This document shows positions 61,773-64,000 of a stretch of DNA of 64,000 nt, piece by piece. Both the position numbers and the translations under genes were made by a program. The notes beneath the pieces are model-generated. The model was not told where the DNA came from, ran no database searches, and saw only the letters and a program-made list of their open reading frames with translations. Every line of letters begins with the position of its first letter. Position 1 is the first letter of the stretch. Origin of the DNA: Octopus vulgaris (lineage: Eukaryota); assembly GCA_951406725.2 (NCBI GenBank), contig OX597843.1, positions 19,778,001 through 19,842,000 on the forward strand, in the 5' to 3' direction.

Positions 61773-62841
61773 ATATGAGTTAACTTTTAAATTAAAACTC
61801 AGATAGGAAACATTAAAATCCAATATCCAAACATTGTTTCGGGTAAGTCCCAGGGAGTGTGCCAGCAGAGCACAATTACCACTATGGCTACCAGATGTGG
61901 ACCGTGTTAATGCGCTTTCGTCTCTGGATTTATGTAAGGAATTCTTTGATGTACGTTGGGTATATTTTAAATGATTCATATGGAAGACGGAGTGAAACTA
62001 GCAGCTTTATTGCTTTATTTAGCACAACAATCGTTTCAGCTGCCTTTTCCACAACTCACTAGTGGGTGGGGAACGATGTAATGACATCAGATGCATCGCG
62101 CAGTATAGGAAGCCTCATCAGGTGACGTAATATGATTCGAAAGTTATAAGTTTTACATTGCATCCAAAGTTAGATGCTGGTGGTATTGTGGTGTGTTACT
62201 AGTAGTTCACAAACATTGGTGAAGTGAGGATACTGGTGGTCAGTTGATAAGAAAATAAAAAATAGAAAAAATATACTGTAAATGGAGGGTAAGGGTGGTT
62301 ATAGTATTGGATTGAAAGGCCCTAAAGAGTGTGGAGTCCTTTGATGGCTGACTATTAAGTTAAACGTGACGGCGTGGCCATGAATTTGGTAGGGGCGTGA
62401 TTCCCGTCTTTAGAACTGATGGCTGGTTACTCTGACAGATATACACACTAAAACTGTAATATATAGGTAATAATGATATATATGTGCGTGTGCATGTTTA
62501 TGTCTGTATATACACACACCGGCCACATGCGTTATATATATATATATTTACGTGAGTATGTGTGTGTGTGTGTGTGTGCGTGTGTGTGTGTGTGGGTCGG
62601 TATGTTGGCCACTCTGTCAATTCTAGTTTATTATGTGTATTTATAAACATGAAGGAAACAAGGTCAAACCAATTGTCATGGTATTTGAAAATAAACTTTA
62701 CAATGCTCGGAAATCGTGTTGATCCGCTGAAATTTAGACCAACTCATCGCTATATTTTACCACCTACACTTAGCAAAGAACTGATAATTTGGTGAACTCA
62801 TTTTATGATTTTAATTTTCCAACAAAGAGACTTGTCCTTAC

Positions 62842-62913
62842 ATTGTCTTTATACTGGGCAGGAATAGGAAAGCGCCATCTTCATACTTTTGTATTTGGTT
62901 GTTTTGCAACTCT
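62842..62913 (-). CDS. aGPCR exon, leucine-rich repeat
   Basis: 72-nt phase 2-2 exon, ELQNNQIQKYEDGAFLFLPSIKTI (typical 24-aa LRR); cag| and |gtaagg boundaries. Confidence 0.85.
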
Positions 62914-63242
62914 CTGAAAATAAAGAGACAAATATTACATACGTCAAGATAATTAAAAGTAAATAACTTTGTTTTCTGTTGTTCAATACTGTCTAAATTG
63001 CTCTTTTGTCAACACCAAGAGAATAAAAACTGATGCTCACAGACAATTGTTTATTTCTCTTCATAGTTCTCATAGAAATGTTGTTTGAATAGGATTAAGT
63101 TTCTTCATTCTAACTTAATTATCCTTAAAGAATACATTCTACTAACCAAACAGCAAAAGATAAATGATGATAAAATATAAAAATAAAATAACAACGACAC
63201 TTTATGTGCACAATATGGGTTTTACATAACATTTTATTCATG

Positions 63243-63295
<53 letters not shown>

Positions 63296-64000
63296 GGGAA
63301 TAAATCCAAACATACAGGGAAAAATTAGATTAAGGATTAAATCAAATTTCACATTATAAATATAAATTAAATTAGAGATAAAACCACAATGAGGCAAATC
63401 AAACAGTGAAGAATATAAACCAAAACATAAAAATAAATATAATTAATATAATATACAAAATATATAAAATTTAAAATTTAAATTATTTAAATTTAAAATT
63501 TTTAATTTATATTTATAAATTTTTATATTTTTAAAATTTAAAATTTTAATTTTTAAACTTTTAATTTTTTAATTAATAATTTTTTTTAATATTTTAATTT
63601 TGCTAATTTTTTTTATATAACTATCAAAAAGTATTAAAAAGTTTAATATAATATAATATAATAAGTAAAACCACTACGTACGTTTCGTGGCCATAACCCA
63701 ATTCGAATTATAATAATTTAAATTCCATTAAAAATCCGAATTATAATTATAATCAATCTTCAGGTTAATGATAATAGTCAAATAAATAAGCAAATATATT
63801 TAAACAATATTTTTTAAGAAATAAAAAAAATAATATTTTTCTTATAAAATACTCTATTATCAAATTAGAACTTTAATGATTAGGATTATGTCATACAATC
63901 CAATTATAATGTCAAATATTCATAGATAGAAAATGTATTTAACTATTAAGATATAATAAGGCTTGAATAAACATAATAAACTCACGAATAACCTAATCTC

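Overview
AT-rich, microsatellite- and repeat-dense animal genomic DNA; the SINEs and compound (TA)n/(CA)n tracts look like an octopus/coleoid genome (inference). The window is spanned by one multi-exon gene on the minus strand. I traced 19 GT-AG exons by hand (62913 to 12850; 2744 nt, 914 full codons, all splice phases compatible). They encode an adhesion GPCR with the order LRR - LRRCT - Ly6/uPAR (three-finger) - SEA-like - HormR - GAIN/GPS (HL|TSFALLM) - 7TM. The 5' end lies beyond the window and a tiny last exon may lie at 2507-2520. The introns hold: (i) a 3.4-kb non-coding tandem plus inverted array of a 591-592 bp unit inserted in (TA)n, each copy carrying an intact type I hammerhead ribozyme motif (6 in total; retrozyme/Penelope pseudo-LTR-like); (ii) an intronless SIK-kinase fragment in frame with the receptor's TM2 exon; (iii) Penelope-like, CR1-group, R4/Dong, RTE, Gypsy, Tc1/mariner, Helitron, MITE and SINE remnants. 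Most long ORFs in the supplied track are microsatellite artefacts. No CRISPR, rRNA or true tRNA genes were seen.
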